Assembly: GCA_902767725.1 (NCBI GenBank)
Contig: CACXIM010000001.1
Span: forward strand, 15,443-79,442
Reading direction: 5' to 3'
DNA length: 64,000 nt
Origin: an uncultured Bacteroidia bacterium
Lineage (GTDB): Bacteria > Bacteroidota > Bacteroidia > Bacteroidales > F082
Position numbers and translations under genes: made by a program. The notes below the pieces were generated by a model, which was given only the letters and a program-made list of their open reading frames with translations, did no database searches and was not told the origin of the DNA. This document shows, in pieces, positions 35,815 to 45,276 of the stretch; position 1 is the first letter of the stretch, and every line of letters starts with the position of its first letter.

Positions 35815-36788
35815 ACAAACAGTTTTTTTACCTTGGGAACATGAACCAACAAGATTGCCAGCCCTATAGTCAACAACAAACGCCATGCAAACATGGGCCA
35901 TTCTCCTAATTCTACCCCCACAAGTGCCCTGACACGGTTGCCCAAATGCGCATTCAGTTCAAAGCAATGCACACACATGATAGCCAATGACCAGATACCC
36001 AATGCTGACAAAGCTTTTGCTGTTATTCTCAAATATTTCTTAATCACATTGCTCAACAAGTAAACACAATATGTGCCTCCACAAGCGCCGAGGACGTCCA
36101 AAGGATAGCATTTCCAGGTAAAGGTGTACATCTCCATCCTCGAGAAGCAAATGGCGACAGCCCAACTGACCACAGCGGTAATCTTCAGCCATAAAGGAAT
36201 GGGGTGATTTTTCACCCACCATCCTATCGTCACAAAAGGAAGTGCCATCAATCCCAACGAAAGACACCAAATAGAATACGGGAGCACCTTGTGCAGCATC
36301 AACGTACCAAAAGCTACCACCAACGACACGGGAATAGCCCATTGCTTCAGCCTTGACAAAGGAATCAGCAACGATTTAGCTACAAACAATGCCAATAAAA
36401 ACCAAATCACTCCTAAGCTCAGTTTTCCCCAAGGTGTCATCGGACCAAACACATCTGCCCACAACAGGGAGAATAATTCACAAATCGGCGGATCCCAACC
36501 TTCATGCTTCACCAGGGCCATCAACACAGCCCAAGCCACAATCATCAGTTGAGTTATTGCCATAGGCGGATACAAACGAACAAAAAAGCGTTTTACATTC
36601 GCTTTTGTAGTGGGACCATCAACGTACGGTTTGGAAAAAACACCAGCAACGATAAAAAACATGGGCATATGAAACGACAAAATGAACTGAGCCAAATAAG
36701 GATGGTTCCATCCCACCAAATGACAGATAATCACCAGCAGAATGCCGATGCCTTTCATGATGTCAAAAACCACATCCCGTTCTTTCAT
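35811..36788 (-). CDS. Acyltransferase-3 family membrane O-acyltransferase
   Basis: Start set to ATG 36786-36788; the track start at 36806 is TTG. About 10 TM helices. The N-terminal DIMKGIGILLVIICH motif is typical of the OafA/acyltransferase-3 family. Confidence 0.75.
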   Translation of the reverse strand: MKERDVVFDIMKGIGILLVIICHLVGWNHPYLAQFILSFHMPMFFIVAGVFSKPYVDGPTTKANVKRFFVRLYPPMAITQLMIVAWAVLMALVKHEGWDPPICELFSLLWADVFGPMTPWGKLSLGVIWFLLALFVAKSLLIPLSRLKQWAIPVSLVVAFGTLMLHKVLPYSIWCLSLGLMALPFVTIGWWVKNHPIPLWLKITAVVSWAVAICFSRMEMYTFTWKCYPLDVLGACGGTYCVYLLSNVIKKYLRITAKALSALGIWSLAIMCVHCFELNAHLGNRVRALVGVELGEWPMFAWRLLLTIGLAILLVHVPKVKKLFV

Positions 36789-36792
36789 ATAT

Positions 36793-37581
36793 TCACTTTT
36801 TAACAAAAGCTTTCACCTTTTTATACACCCCTTTCATGCCCAGACAACCAAAAATAGTTTTTATCGGTTTTTTCTTCTTATCAATCCAACTAGCCGCATT
36901 GTAATGCCATGAAACCTCAAAACGTTCGTCTGGACAAAAAGCATGGCCAAATATTCCAGTTTCGTAGACCACAAAATCCTTCTCCAGATGTTGGGTCTCA
37001 TTCTTATACTTGAAGCCATAATCCACAAGATGACGTGCGACCAAACGGTCGTTGTTGACCCAATCACGATAATGCAAAGCCTTGTCGGAATCCACTTCTA
37101 CCGTGTTGTAATAATCCCGTATCTTACAAATCATTTCATTACCCGGATTGCATGCCATGGAAGAGGTCAAAATCTCCATGTGAGGAACATCAACTCCCTT
37201 GTTTTTTGGAGTTCCATCTTCATTCAAATATTTTTCTGCGATATGCTCCATCTCAAATTCACGATACAGCTCGATCCCAGAGAAGAAATTGCAATCCAAA
37301 AAACGGTCAAAGCTCTGAAAAACCTCGACATCTGTATCCAAATAAATACCACCGTACTCAGCAAGCACATTATATCGGCAAACATCCGATACCAAAGCAT
37401 ACTTTTTCACCTCGTAGGCATATTTTGAGGCCTTGTATTTCTTGTAGTCAAAGGTAGATTCGTCCCAACGCATGATTTGGTAATCTGGCATTAGCTTTTG
37501 CCAGCCTTTAATGCAATCTTTCTGCGACTTGGGCATCAAGCCCTTGCCAAACCAACAATAATGGATGATTTTTGGTATCAT
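36793..37581 (-). CDS. GT32-like glycosyltransferase (Gly_transf_sug, DXD)
   Basis: MIPKIIHYCWFGKGLMP... with SDVCRYNVL and YLDTDVEV. Confidence 0.7.
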   Translation of the reverse strand: MIPKIIHYCWFGKGLMPKSQKDCIKGWQKLMPDYQIMRWDESTFDYKKYKASKYAYEVKKYALVSDVCRYNVLAEYGGIYLDTDVEVFQSFDRFLDCNFFSGIELYREFEMEHIAEKYLNEDGTPKNKGVDVPHMEILTSSMACNPGNEMICKIRDYYNTVEVDSDKALHYRDWVNNDRLVARHLVDYGFKYKNETQHLEKDFVVYETGIFGHAFCPDERFEVSWHYNAASWIDKKKKPIKTIFGCLGMKGVYKKVKAFVKK

Positions 37582-37612
37582 TTGTCAATTTTAATCGCAA
37601 AATATCATTTAT

Positions 37613-38884
37613 TCAATTCAGTTTATGGTACTCTTGCAACCATTTTTGATGAAAAACGGAGCATTTCAATGCATTTACTTCATTAAACACATTTCCGATA
37701 CGAGTTTCACCTGAAGCAACGTCAAAAGTCAACACTGAATTTTTTTTAGCATAGTTCTTCACATCAATGTCCGCCACATCAAAAATAATCCGATATTCTC
37801 CAGTCGCCAATGTATGAGGAGGTATTTTAAAGATGATTTCGTAAGTACCTTCAGATACCGTATGCAGTCTATCATAATCGTTAAAGTCCGCTCTCGCAAT
37901 TGGATAGCCGTAGGAACTATAGAGATTAAAACCCATTACCAAATATTTGATTTTTCGACGAACACAGACCAACATCCTCAACGTAAGCTCAGATGAGGAT
38001 TCAACCATCTGACCATCTGAAGACACGAGTTGGGCCTCCAATAACTGTATTGGATCATCGTTAGGCACATCTTTATATGTCAATCTTTTTTCATTATCCT
38101 GCAAATAGTAGTTTATTGCTTCTCCTGCACTTCCCATAAAAGCAACACGTCCTTGATCCAACACAACTCCAGTTTTACACAATTGCTGAACACTCGCCAT
38201 ATTATGACTCACAAAAAGCACAGTACGTCCTTCTCCCTTGCTTACATCTTGCATTTTACCAATAGCCTTCTTCTGGAATTCTGCATCGCCCACAGCAAGT
38301 ACCTCATCAACAACGAGAATTTCGGGATCTAAGTGAGCAGCCACAGCAAAACCCAATCGCACCATCATGCCACTCGAATAACGCTTCACAGGAGTGTCAA
38401 TATAGCGCTCACAACCAGAGAAATCCACAATCTCATCTAATTTACGGGTGATTTCTGCCTTGGTCATACCTAGAATAGCGCCATTCATATAGATGTTTTC
38501 TCGACCAGTCATTTCAGCATGGAAGCCTGTTCCCACTTCAAGCAAAGAACCAATACGACCTTTTGCTTTGATTGTACCCGTGGTGGGACCAGTCACTCGA
38601 GACAATAGTTTCAGCAAAGTGCTTTTACCAGCGCCATTCTTGCCGATAATACCCACAACATCGCCTTGCTCAACATTGAAGTCGATATCACGCAATGCCC
38701 ACACATATTCACTGTCGGCTGCTTTGGAACGGTCGTTTATCGACCCGACTTTCAGATAAGGATCTTCTTTGTGCAAAATGGCTGTCTGCCACCAACGGTT
38801 GAGGTCATGGCTAAGGGTGCGGGTCGAAACCAATCCCAAACGGTACTGCTTGCTAATATTATTGAATTCTATTGCTGTTGGCAT
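37613..38884 (-). CDS. wzt: Polysaccharide ABC exporter ATP-binding protein with C-terminal Wzt_C-like carbohydrate-binding domain
   Basis: Walker A GKNGAGKST, signature YSSGM, Walker B ILVVDE. About 170 extra C-terminal residues are beta-rich (LTLRMLVCV...YEIIFKIP...YRIIFDVA). Confidence 0.85.
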   Translation of the reverse strand: MPTAIEFNNISKQYRLGLVSTRTLSHDLNRWWQTAILHKEDPYLKVGSINDRSKAADSEYVWALRDIDFNVEQGDVVGIIGKNGAGKSTLLKLLSRVTGPTTGTIKAKGRIGSLLEVGTGFHAEMTGRENIYMNGAILGMTKAEITRKLDEIVDFSGCERYIDTPVKRYSSGMMVRLGFAVAAHLDPEILVVDEVLAVGDAEFQKKAIGKMQDVSKGEGRTVLFVSHNMASVQQLCKTGVVLDQGRVAFMGSAGEAINYYLQDNEKRLTYKDVPNDDPIQLLEAQLVSSDGQMVESSSELTLRMLVCVRRKIKYLVMGFNLYSSYGYPIARADFNDYDRLHTVSEGTYEIIFKIPPHTLATGEYRIIFDVADIDVKNYAKKNSVLTFDVASGETRIGNVFNEVNALKCSVFHQKWLQEYHKLN

Positions 38885-38915
38885 ATTCTAAATAATTTAT
38901 CAAAACAAAAAAAAC

Positions 38916-39860
38916 TTATTCATGATGTTTCATCTTCAAAACTATCGATAAGAAAAAACAACTTATTGGACCAAATAAATACTTGGAATAAGATTTATTT
39001 CGGTAAGTCACCGAGCGAAGTGTTTTTTTGCATATCAACGCTTTTTTCCATTTCACCTTTCTAATGGCATAAATCAATCGCAAATAATCACCATGATCTT
39101 CCAACTCGTCCTCAGGCCAATTACAATCTTTCGGGAACAACATCTTTTGTGTTTTTCTTTGCTTTATTATTATTTCATTATATTTTAATGCTCTTTCTTC
39201 CTGAAGAAATGAATTAGATATTCCAACTCCCGCACGATAAACACAGGAATATCCACGATAGTATGCATATTTGGAAAGTTTTGCTAATATGGACTGAAGC
39301 AACAAATCACCACCAGAATATTTATTATAAGGTCTAACCAGATCCCTTCTATACACTAAAGACACCGTACGCGTCACCGGACCATACTTTGCCGATTCAA
39401 ATACATCACCAACTAACTCAAAATCCCCTTCAGAAACTCCAAATAGTTTCGATGGCTCCGCTTGTCGTTTTCCGTTGCTTTCAACAAAAACATTTGAACC
39501 CACAAAACCATAGTCTTCATGCTTTTCCAAAAAATCCACCTGCTTCTGCAATTTCAACGGATCCGTCCAATAGTCGTCGCCTTCGCAAAGAGCAATGTAT
39601 TTTCCTTCACACAGAGGAAGCAAAAACTTATTCAATATTCCTCCTCCCTTGGAATATTGATTCTCTGATTGTAATAATGGTTTAAGAATATCCGGATACC
39701 TTTCCTGATACTCTTTGATTATTTCCTGAGACCTGTCAGTGCTGGCATCATCGTGAACTCTAACCTCAATAGGGAAAGACACCTCTTGCATAAAAATGCC
39801 GTCCAAACACTGTCTCAGATACCTCTCGTGGTTGTAGGACAACACACATACTGACACCAT
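38916..39860 (-). CDS. GT2-family glycosyltransferase
   Basis: Start set to ATG 39858-39860 (MVSVCVLSYNHERYL); the track start at 39872 is GTG. Motifs HDDASTDRS and CEGDD. Confidence 0.8.
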   Translation of the reverse strand: MVSVCVLSYNHERYLRQCLDGIFMQEVSFPIEVRVHDDASTDRSQEIIKEYQERYPDILKPLLQSENQYSKGGGILNKFLLPLCEGKYIALCEGDDYWTDPLKLQKQVDFLEKHEDYGFVGSNVFVESNGKRQAEPSKLFGVSEGDFELVGDVFESAKYGPVTRTVSLVYRRDLVRPYNKYSGGDLLLQSILAKLSKYAYYRGYSCVYRAGVGISNSFLQEERALKYNEIIIKQRKTQKMLFPKDCNWPEDELEDHGDYLRLIYAIRKVKWKKALICKKTLRSVTYRNKSYSKYLFGPISCFFLSIVLKMKHHE

Positions 39861-39884
39861 GATATTTCCCACGTCAAAGAAGCT

Positions 39885-40880
39885 TTATTGTATTCTTAGT
39901 TCCTTAAACCGGTCAACCGCCATCTCTTCCTTGTAGTTCTCAAACAATGCTACAACATCATACTTGGGCTCATACCCCAATTCCGCCTTCGCGTTGTCCA
40001 CATTCATGAGAAATCCTCCCCCGCATGGCTTGTCAGGACAATACACAATCCGAGAAGGTTTGTCTTTGGGTGAAAACACTTTTATAATGGCCTCAATTTG
40101 CTGTTGAAGTGTTACAGGAATGCCCGTCCCAACATTATAAAAACCAATCTCCCTATCAGCTTCAACTGCTTTGCACAGCATCTGAGCACAATCATAAACA
40201 TGCACCATATCCTTGGAGTAATTTGGGTCACCCCACAACTCAATCGGCTCACCCTTCATCGCCTGGTCAATCATACGATAAACCGGACGCAATGTTTTCA
40301 CTCCATTAGGATGATAATAATGGTATGGACTATAATTATAAATAGTCGGGAAACGGAAAATGAAATATTTCAGACCATATTCTGCATGATAATGTTTTAT
40401 TAACTCGATTGCAGTGTTTTTACTAATAACATATACAGCATGGTCGCCTTTGTAGCTAAAATGTAGTGGTGTATCTGGCTGCAACACCTTCCCATTTGTT
40501 GCCGATAGAGAAACATCAAAAACCGTCGTAGAGAACAAAATGCGGTCGGCATGCACTTCACGACAATATTCAAGAACATTATAAGCTCCGATAATATTCG
40601 ATTGGATATACTGCTCTGGGTGGTAGCCTTCCATATACGATGGAATCTGTGCCGCTAAATATATTATTGCGTAAACATCTTCTTTTGGTAACTTTTCAAA
40701 TTCTTCTTTACGAGTCAGGTCCACAGAATAATACCTAACATCCATCCTTTCGAAGAAATTGGTTTCCCTACGGCCCGAGGCAATCACCTCAAATTCTGTT
40801 TTGTCGAAATACTCGCTTGCATATTTCAGCACATATGAGCCGACATTACCTGTAGCACCAAAAACTATGATTCTTTTCAT
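39885..40880 (-). CDS. NAD-dependent epimerase/dehydratase (extended SDR)
   Basis: IIVFGATGNVGSY (GxxGxxG) and YVISK (YxxxK). Confidence 0.8.
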   Translation of the reverse strand: MKRIIVFGATGNVGSYVLKYASEYFDKTEFEVIASGRRETNFFERMDVRYYSVDLTRKEEFEKLPKEDVYAIIYLAAQIPSYMEGYHPEQYIQSNIIGAYNVLEYCREVHADRILFSTTVFDVSLSATNGKVLQPDTPLHFSYKGDHAVYVISKNTAIELIKHYHAEYGLKYFIFRFPTIYNYSPYHYYHPNGVKTLRPVYRMIDQAMKGEPIELWGDPNYSKDMVHVYDCAQMLCKAVEADREIGFYNVGTGIPVTLQQQIEAIIKVFSPKDKPSRIVYCPDKPCGGGFLMNVDNAKAELGYEPKYDVVALFENYKEEMAVDRFKELRIQ

Positions 40881-40884
40881 GATG

Positions 40885-41832
40885 TTATTTGTTTATTAAT
40901 TTAACTATAATTTGCATTTCTTCTCCTTCATAACGTTGGTCTATCGGCAAAAAAATGGTTTTCCTAGCAATACCACATTCCAAATCACCTTGTCCGCACC
41001 ACTTTTGGACATTCGGCCAGTAAGTCGCCACAAAGACCTTACTATCAATCAGCTTTTGTTTTAACAAGACATTATCCGTAAAACAAGGATAAACCATAGG
41101 AACAGCATCATCTTCCAAAACCAAATGATGTTGATTGAAATCAGTTAAAGCTTTATCTAAAAAATCATAATTCTCCCTTCTTTGTCTTTTAGCCGATTCG
41201 TAATCAATCCCGGACAAGATGGCTTTCGACAATTTTGACATCAACTTGATATCTTGGTTACAAAGTGAGTCTTCATTGTTTCGAAAATCCATATAACCAG
41301 CCTCTGCACCCATATCTATCCGCTTCAAAAGATGAGACATCCTATCGGATGAAACATCATGCTCCAAATCCATTTCCAATTTCTGATTTGTGTAAAGGTA
41401 TGCTCCATCTGCCACGCCAAAAAACTTCCGAGCCGAATAAAATGTGTCTATTCCTTTTAAAGGTTCTGCAAAAAAAGCTTGTGCGTTATCTATAATAAGA
41501 TGATCACCATATTTCTTTGCAAGCAGCTTTACACAATTCTGCTTTAATCCAAAATAATTGATATAAAGAAAAGCCTCTGTGCTACCAATTTCTGGGAGAA
41601 AAACCGGCTCAAGTAATTCATTGATATGATAGAACTCATAGTTTATTTCCAGTTTTCTTATGGGTTCAAGCATCACCTCACAAGTGTAGTATGGAATAAA
41701 CACTTTTGAGTAATGACGAACTCTCAAAACATATTCAAAACAATTCCGGGCAGTATTTAGCTTTAGGGCATCCTTGTGGTAATGCTCACCTTTGCACAAC
41801 TCCAATTCAAAATAGCCACCAATGGATCCCAT
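40885..41832 (-). CDS. Divergent DegT/DnrJ-fold PLP-dependent enzyme-like protein
   Basis: 315 aa. FYSARKFFGVADGAYLY aligns by eye with the Schiff-base-lysine segment of the two DegT proteins in this window (SFHATKVYNTLEGGALV and SFFPAKPVGCYGDGGAVF). The N-terminal region is shorter than in canonical DegT. Confidence 0.45.
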   Translation of the reverse strand: MGSIGGYFELELCKGEHYHKDALKLNTARNCFEYVLRVRHYSKVFIPYYTCEVMLEPIRKLEINYEFYHINELLEPVFLPEIGSTEAFLYINYFGLKQNCVKLLAKKYGDHLIIDNAQAFFAEPLKGIDTFYSARKFFGVADGAYLYTNQKLEMDLEHDVSSDRMSHLLKRIDMGAEAGYMDFRNNEDSLCNQDIKLMSKLSKAILSGIDYESAKRQRRENYDFLDKALTDFNQHHLVLEDDAVPMVYPCFTDNVLLKQKLIDSKVFVATYWPNVQKWCGQGDLECGIARKTIFLPIDQRYEGEEMQIIVKLINK

Positions 41833-41835
41833 TCC

Positions 41836-43038
41836 TCAATTCACTTTTACTTTTAACCATGAAGGAATGTCGCAAATGGATTTCTCCATTACCTCCCTAT
41901 CCTCAAACTTTAGAACCAATGTACCGATGGCATTATTAGCTCCCTCAAATGAGTTCACATAATCGCCTTTCGAAACCCACAAGTCCTCCTCCACAATTTC
42001 AGCAGAAAAGCCTTTTGAAATCTCTATATGGTCAAACAAACCATCCTTTTCAGCATGAAGAATCACTTCTGCCCAATGACCATTGTATGGCTTTTGTTCA
42101 ATCATTGGCACAGAATCCCCAACAACATAACGAGTTATGGCAGTAATCATATCCACCCCAGTCGCGTAATTCAGCATCTCGCAAAGACGGTTGCCTCCAC
42201 CACGTGGAGTGAGTTCCATGATATATGGCTTCCCGTTTGCACCAATTCGCGTCTCAATGTTATAAACGCAAGTCCTCATTCCCAATAGGGAAATCAGACG
42301 CTGAATCTCAGAGGTCAGACAGGATTCTTGGTCTTTCGTAAAAGTTGAAGGCCAACTGTAGGCAGCCGGAGTATAAGGATTCGCAGCATTCACATCAAAA
42401 CGCTGGGCATTGAAACTGATAAATTTCAATTCTCCGTTAACTGAGAAGCTATCCGTATCGGATGAGCAGCCCTGTTTCTCGACGAAATCCTCTATGATAA
42501 TATGGCCTGAAAACGACTTGTCAAACGCATGTTCAACAGCTTTTTTCAATTGGGAATTGTCATCTACTCTAGTCACACCTTTGGACCCAGCCGAATCTGT
42601 CGGTTTAACAATAACTGGATAATCAAATCTATCTTGGTCTGACAAAACGTCATTGATGTTTGAATACCCTTTTGCCTTGGGGACATTGAAACCATGCTCT
42701 GACAAAAACGCGCGGAAACAATCTTTGTTTTGGAGAATACATATAGACTCGTATGGTCCAAAAGAAGGCAATCCCATGTTCTCCTGAACATAAGATGCAC
42801 TTATCACACCAGGATCCACCCCAAACGACATGATTCCATCTATCTGTTTCTCCTGCGCCACTCTCAAGACAGCTTCCTTATCGATAATGCTCACATTCAC
42901 ATATTCATCACTATATTTGTGAGCGATATTGTCTGGCAAATAATCAGCGGTAATGACATAACAACCTTGTTCATGCGCCGCCTTGATAACAGGCAAAAGG
43001 TAACGAATACCACCAAGCAACATCAGCTTTTTTTGCAT
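41836..43038 (-). CDS. ATP-grasp domain ligase
   Basis: Pre-ATP-grasp N-domain (KLMLLGGIRYLLPVIKAAHEQG), then YPVIVKPTDSAGSKGV and YIMELTPRGGGN, which are typical ATP-grasp nucleotide/Mg-binding segments. Confidence 0.8.
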   Translation of the reverse strand: MQKKLMLLGGIRYLLPVIKAAHEQGCYVITADYLPDNIAHKYSDEYVNVSIIDKEAVLRVAQEKQIDGIMSFGVDPGVISASYVQENMGLPSFGPYESICILQNKDCFRAFLSEHGFNVPKAKGYSNINDVLSDQDRFDYPVIVKPTDSAGSKGVTRVDDNSQLKKAVEHAFDKSFSGHIIIEDFVEKQGCSSDTDSFSVNGELKFISFNAQRFDVNAANPYTPAAYSWPSTFTKDQESCLTSEIQRLISLLGMRTCVYNIETRIGANGKPYIMELTPRGGGNRLCEMLNYATGVDMITAITRYVVGDSVPMIEQKPYNGHWAEVILHAEKDGLFDHIEISKGFSAEIVEEDLWVSKGDYVNSFEGANNAIGTLVLKFEDREVMEKSICDIPSWLKVKVN

Positions 43039-44147
43039 TATCTCACAATTAAATCAAGTATTCTTGACAAATCTTCATCACTCAATCCATGATGCATGGG
43101 CAGACAAATCACCTCGTTTGCAATCTTTGTTGCCACAGGCAAATTTTCAGGAGCGGAACTTGGCAAGCCACAATAAGTGCTAAAGGTGCTAATCAATGGA
43201 TAAAAATATCGTCTGCCAAATATACCTTGATCCTTCATTTTGAAATACAATTCATCACGTGTCTTCCCATATTCTTCTGCTTTAACAAAGATGGGAAAGT
43301 AACTATAATTATGACGAACGTCCTTCATATCGTCAAAGAATCGGACTCCTTTCACACCTCTCAAAGCCTCACGGTATTTGATGGCCACCTGATGACGTTT
43401 CTCAATCGCCTCATCCACTTGCTTTAGGTTCAACAAGCCGTATGCAGCACGCACCTCGTCCATCTTGCTGTTGATACCAGGGGCAACGACCTCCGTCTCA
43501 CCGGCAAAACCGAAGTTCTTCAGATAGTCAACACGTTTTTTTGTCTCGGCATTATGCATAACTAAAGCACCGCCCTCAAGGGTGTTATACACCTTGGTAG
43601 CATGAAAGCTCAAAGAAGCTAAATCACCTTGGTTCAATACAGATTGACCGTTCACCTCCACTCCAAATGCATGAGCGGCATCATAAATGACCTTAAGATT
43701 ATACTTCTCAGCAATAGCTTGAATGCGTTCCATGTCGCAAGGCTTGCCATAGCAATGAACGGGCATAATGGCTGTGGTCCGAGGCGTAATAGCTGCTTCA
43801 ATCTTATCAGGGTCCATCCCACAGGTGGACTCTTCTATATCCACGAAAACAGGCTTGCAGCCATTCCACCAAATGCTGTGGGTGGTAGCCACAAAACTAT
43901 ATGGTGTTGTAATTACTTCGCCTGTGATCCGCAGGGCTTGCAAGGCTGTAAGTAACGGTAAAGTTCCATTTGTGAAAAGGCTAATGAAAGGCACTTTTAA
44001 GTACTCGCACAAAGTCGCCTCCAATTGTTGATGAAACTGACCGTTGTTGGTGACCCACTTGCAGTCCCAGATCTCCTTCAATAGGCCTTGGAACTCATCC
44101 AAATCAGGCAACAAAGGCGATGTAACTGTAATTTGTTTCTGATCCAC
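43038..44147 (-). CDS. DegT/DnrJ/EryC1/StrS-family sugar aminotransferase
   Basis: 369 aa with SFHATKVYNTLEGGAL (PLP lysine). The apparent start is GTG at 44145-44147, with no in-frame ATG upstream of the conserved N-terminus. It shares 1 nt with the ATP-grasp start. Confidence 0.85.
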   Translation of the reverse strand: MDQKQITVTSPLLPDLDEFQGLLKEIWDCKWVTNNGQFHQQLEATLCEYLKVPFISLFTNGTLPLLTALQALRITGEVITTPYSFVATTHSIWWNGCKPVFVDIEESTCGMDPDKIEAAITPRTTAIMPVHCYGKPCDMERIQAIAEKYNLKVIYDAAHAFGVEVNGQSVLNQGDLASLSFHATKVYNTLEGGALVMHNAETKKRVDYLKNFGFAGETEVVAPGINSKMDEVRAAYGLLNLKQVDEAIEKRHQVAIKYREALRGVKGVRFFDDMKDVRHNYSYFPIFVKAEEYGKTRDELYFKMKDQGIFGRRYFYPLISTFSTYCGLPSSAPENLPVATKIANEVICLPMHHGLSDEDLSRILDLIVR

Positions 44148-44199
44148 CTTCCCTAATCAATTAACTCCCAACCAATAATTTTCAACTATCAAATATCAA

Positions 44200-45078
44200 C
44201 TATACCGTATCCATAAAGCTCTTCTGCACCTTGTTGAAAATCAGGATGCCTAAGGCCAATACAACCAGCATGAAGCCAAAGCTATAAGCCAGCCATCCCC
44301 AGCCAATAAACTGGCCTGCACTCAATGCACCATACTTGAAAGTCTCAATAACAGGCGTCACGGGATTGATGCACATGATGGTAGACAAATCTAGGCCCAT
44401 CACCGTTTTACCCGCCACCTGACTCAAGGGGTAGACAATTGGTGTACCATACATCCACAACTGCACGATAAAGGAAAACAGAATCTGCAAGTCACGGTAC
44501 TTGGTCGTCAAAGAAGAGATGATGATACCGAAACCCAAAGCCAAACCCGCCATCATCATCACCAACAATGGGAAAAGCAGGAAATACCAGTTGGGACATG
44601 GAGCCACCCCTATGATAGCATAATAAACATATACTATTACAAACAAACCGAACTGGATACCGAAACGCACCAAGTTACTCGTGACATGGGAAAGCGGCAT
44701 GATAAGACGCGGAAAATACACCTTACCGAAAATTCCTGCATGCGCGACAAAGGTATTGGAAGTACGATTCAAACAATCGGCAAAATACTGCCACATGCAC
44801 ACACCTCCGAGATAAAACAAGGGCTGCGGCACACCATCGGTGGGAATGCCCGCAATGCCACCAAACACGACCATATACATGATGACCGTTAAAGCAGGCT
44901 GAATCAACCACCACAACGGTCCCAAAACAGTCTGTTTGTATTGCACAGTAATATCACGCTTCACAAACATGGTGAGCAGGTCACGGTAATCCCATATTTC
45001 TTTCAAATTCACCTCAAAAAGCCCGGTCCGAGGCTTGATAATGGTGGTCCAGTTTTCGTTTTCAGCGTTCTGATTCAT
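44200..45078 (-). CDS. wzm: Polysaccharide ABC exporter permease (ABC-2 type)
   Basis: 292 aa with 6 TM helices. The N-terminal EIWDYRDLLTMFVKRDITVQYKQTVLGPLW motif is typical of Wzm/TagG/KpsM permeases. Confidence 0.85.
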   Translation of the reverse strand: MNQNAENENWTTIIKPRTGLFEVNLKEIWDYRDLLTMFVKRDITVQYKQTVLGPLWWLIQPALTVIMYMVVFGGIAGIPTDGVPQPLFYLGGVCMWQYFADCLNRTSNTFVAHAGIFGKVYFPRLIMPLSHVTSNLVRFGIQFGLFVIVYVYYAIIGVAPCPNWYFLLFPLLVMMMAGLALGFGIIISSLTTKYRDLQILFSFIVQLWMYGTPIVYPLSQVAGKTVMGLDLSTIMCINPVTPVIETFKYGALSAGQFIGWGWLAYSFGFMLVVLALGILIFNKVQKSFMDTV

Positions 45079-45217
45079 TTCAAAAAAGTGTAAAGCTTCG
45101 CCTCTTGACTCACATCAAGAGAGCATAACTATTTGTAAATAAACTACTTGCCTCAAGCATAAGAGGTTGCAGTTTGTTGTAAAACCTAGGCTATAGTTAG
45201 CCTAAATTTACAATCTG

Positions 45218-45225
45218 CAAAAGTA
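45218..45225 (-). promoter_or_regulatory. Candidate -7 box (TACTTTTG) upstream of wzm
   Basis: Minus-strand TACTTTTG equals TAnnTTTG and lies 139 nt upstream of the wzm ATG. The implied leader contains the hairpins TAGGCTA/TAGCCTA and CTCTTGA/TCAAGAG. Confidence 0.35.
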
Positions 45226-45276
45226 AGGATTATTTTTCAAATAAAACAAGAAAAAAAACGCTAAATGTTTTTGTTA

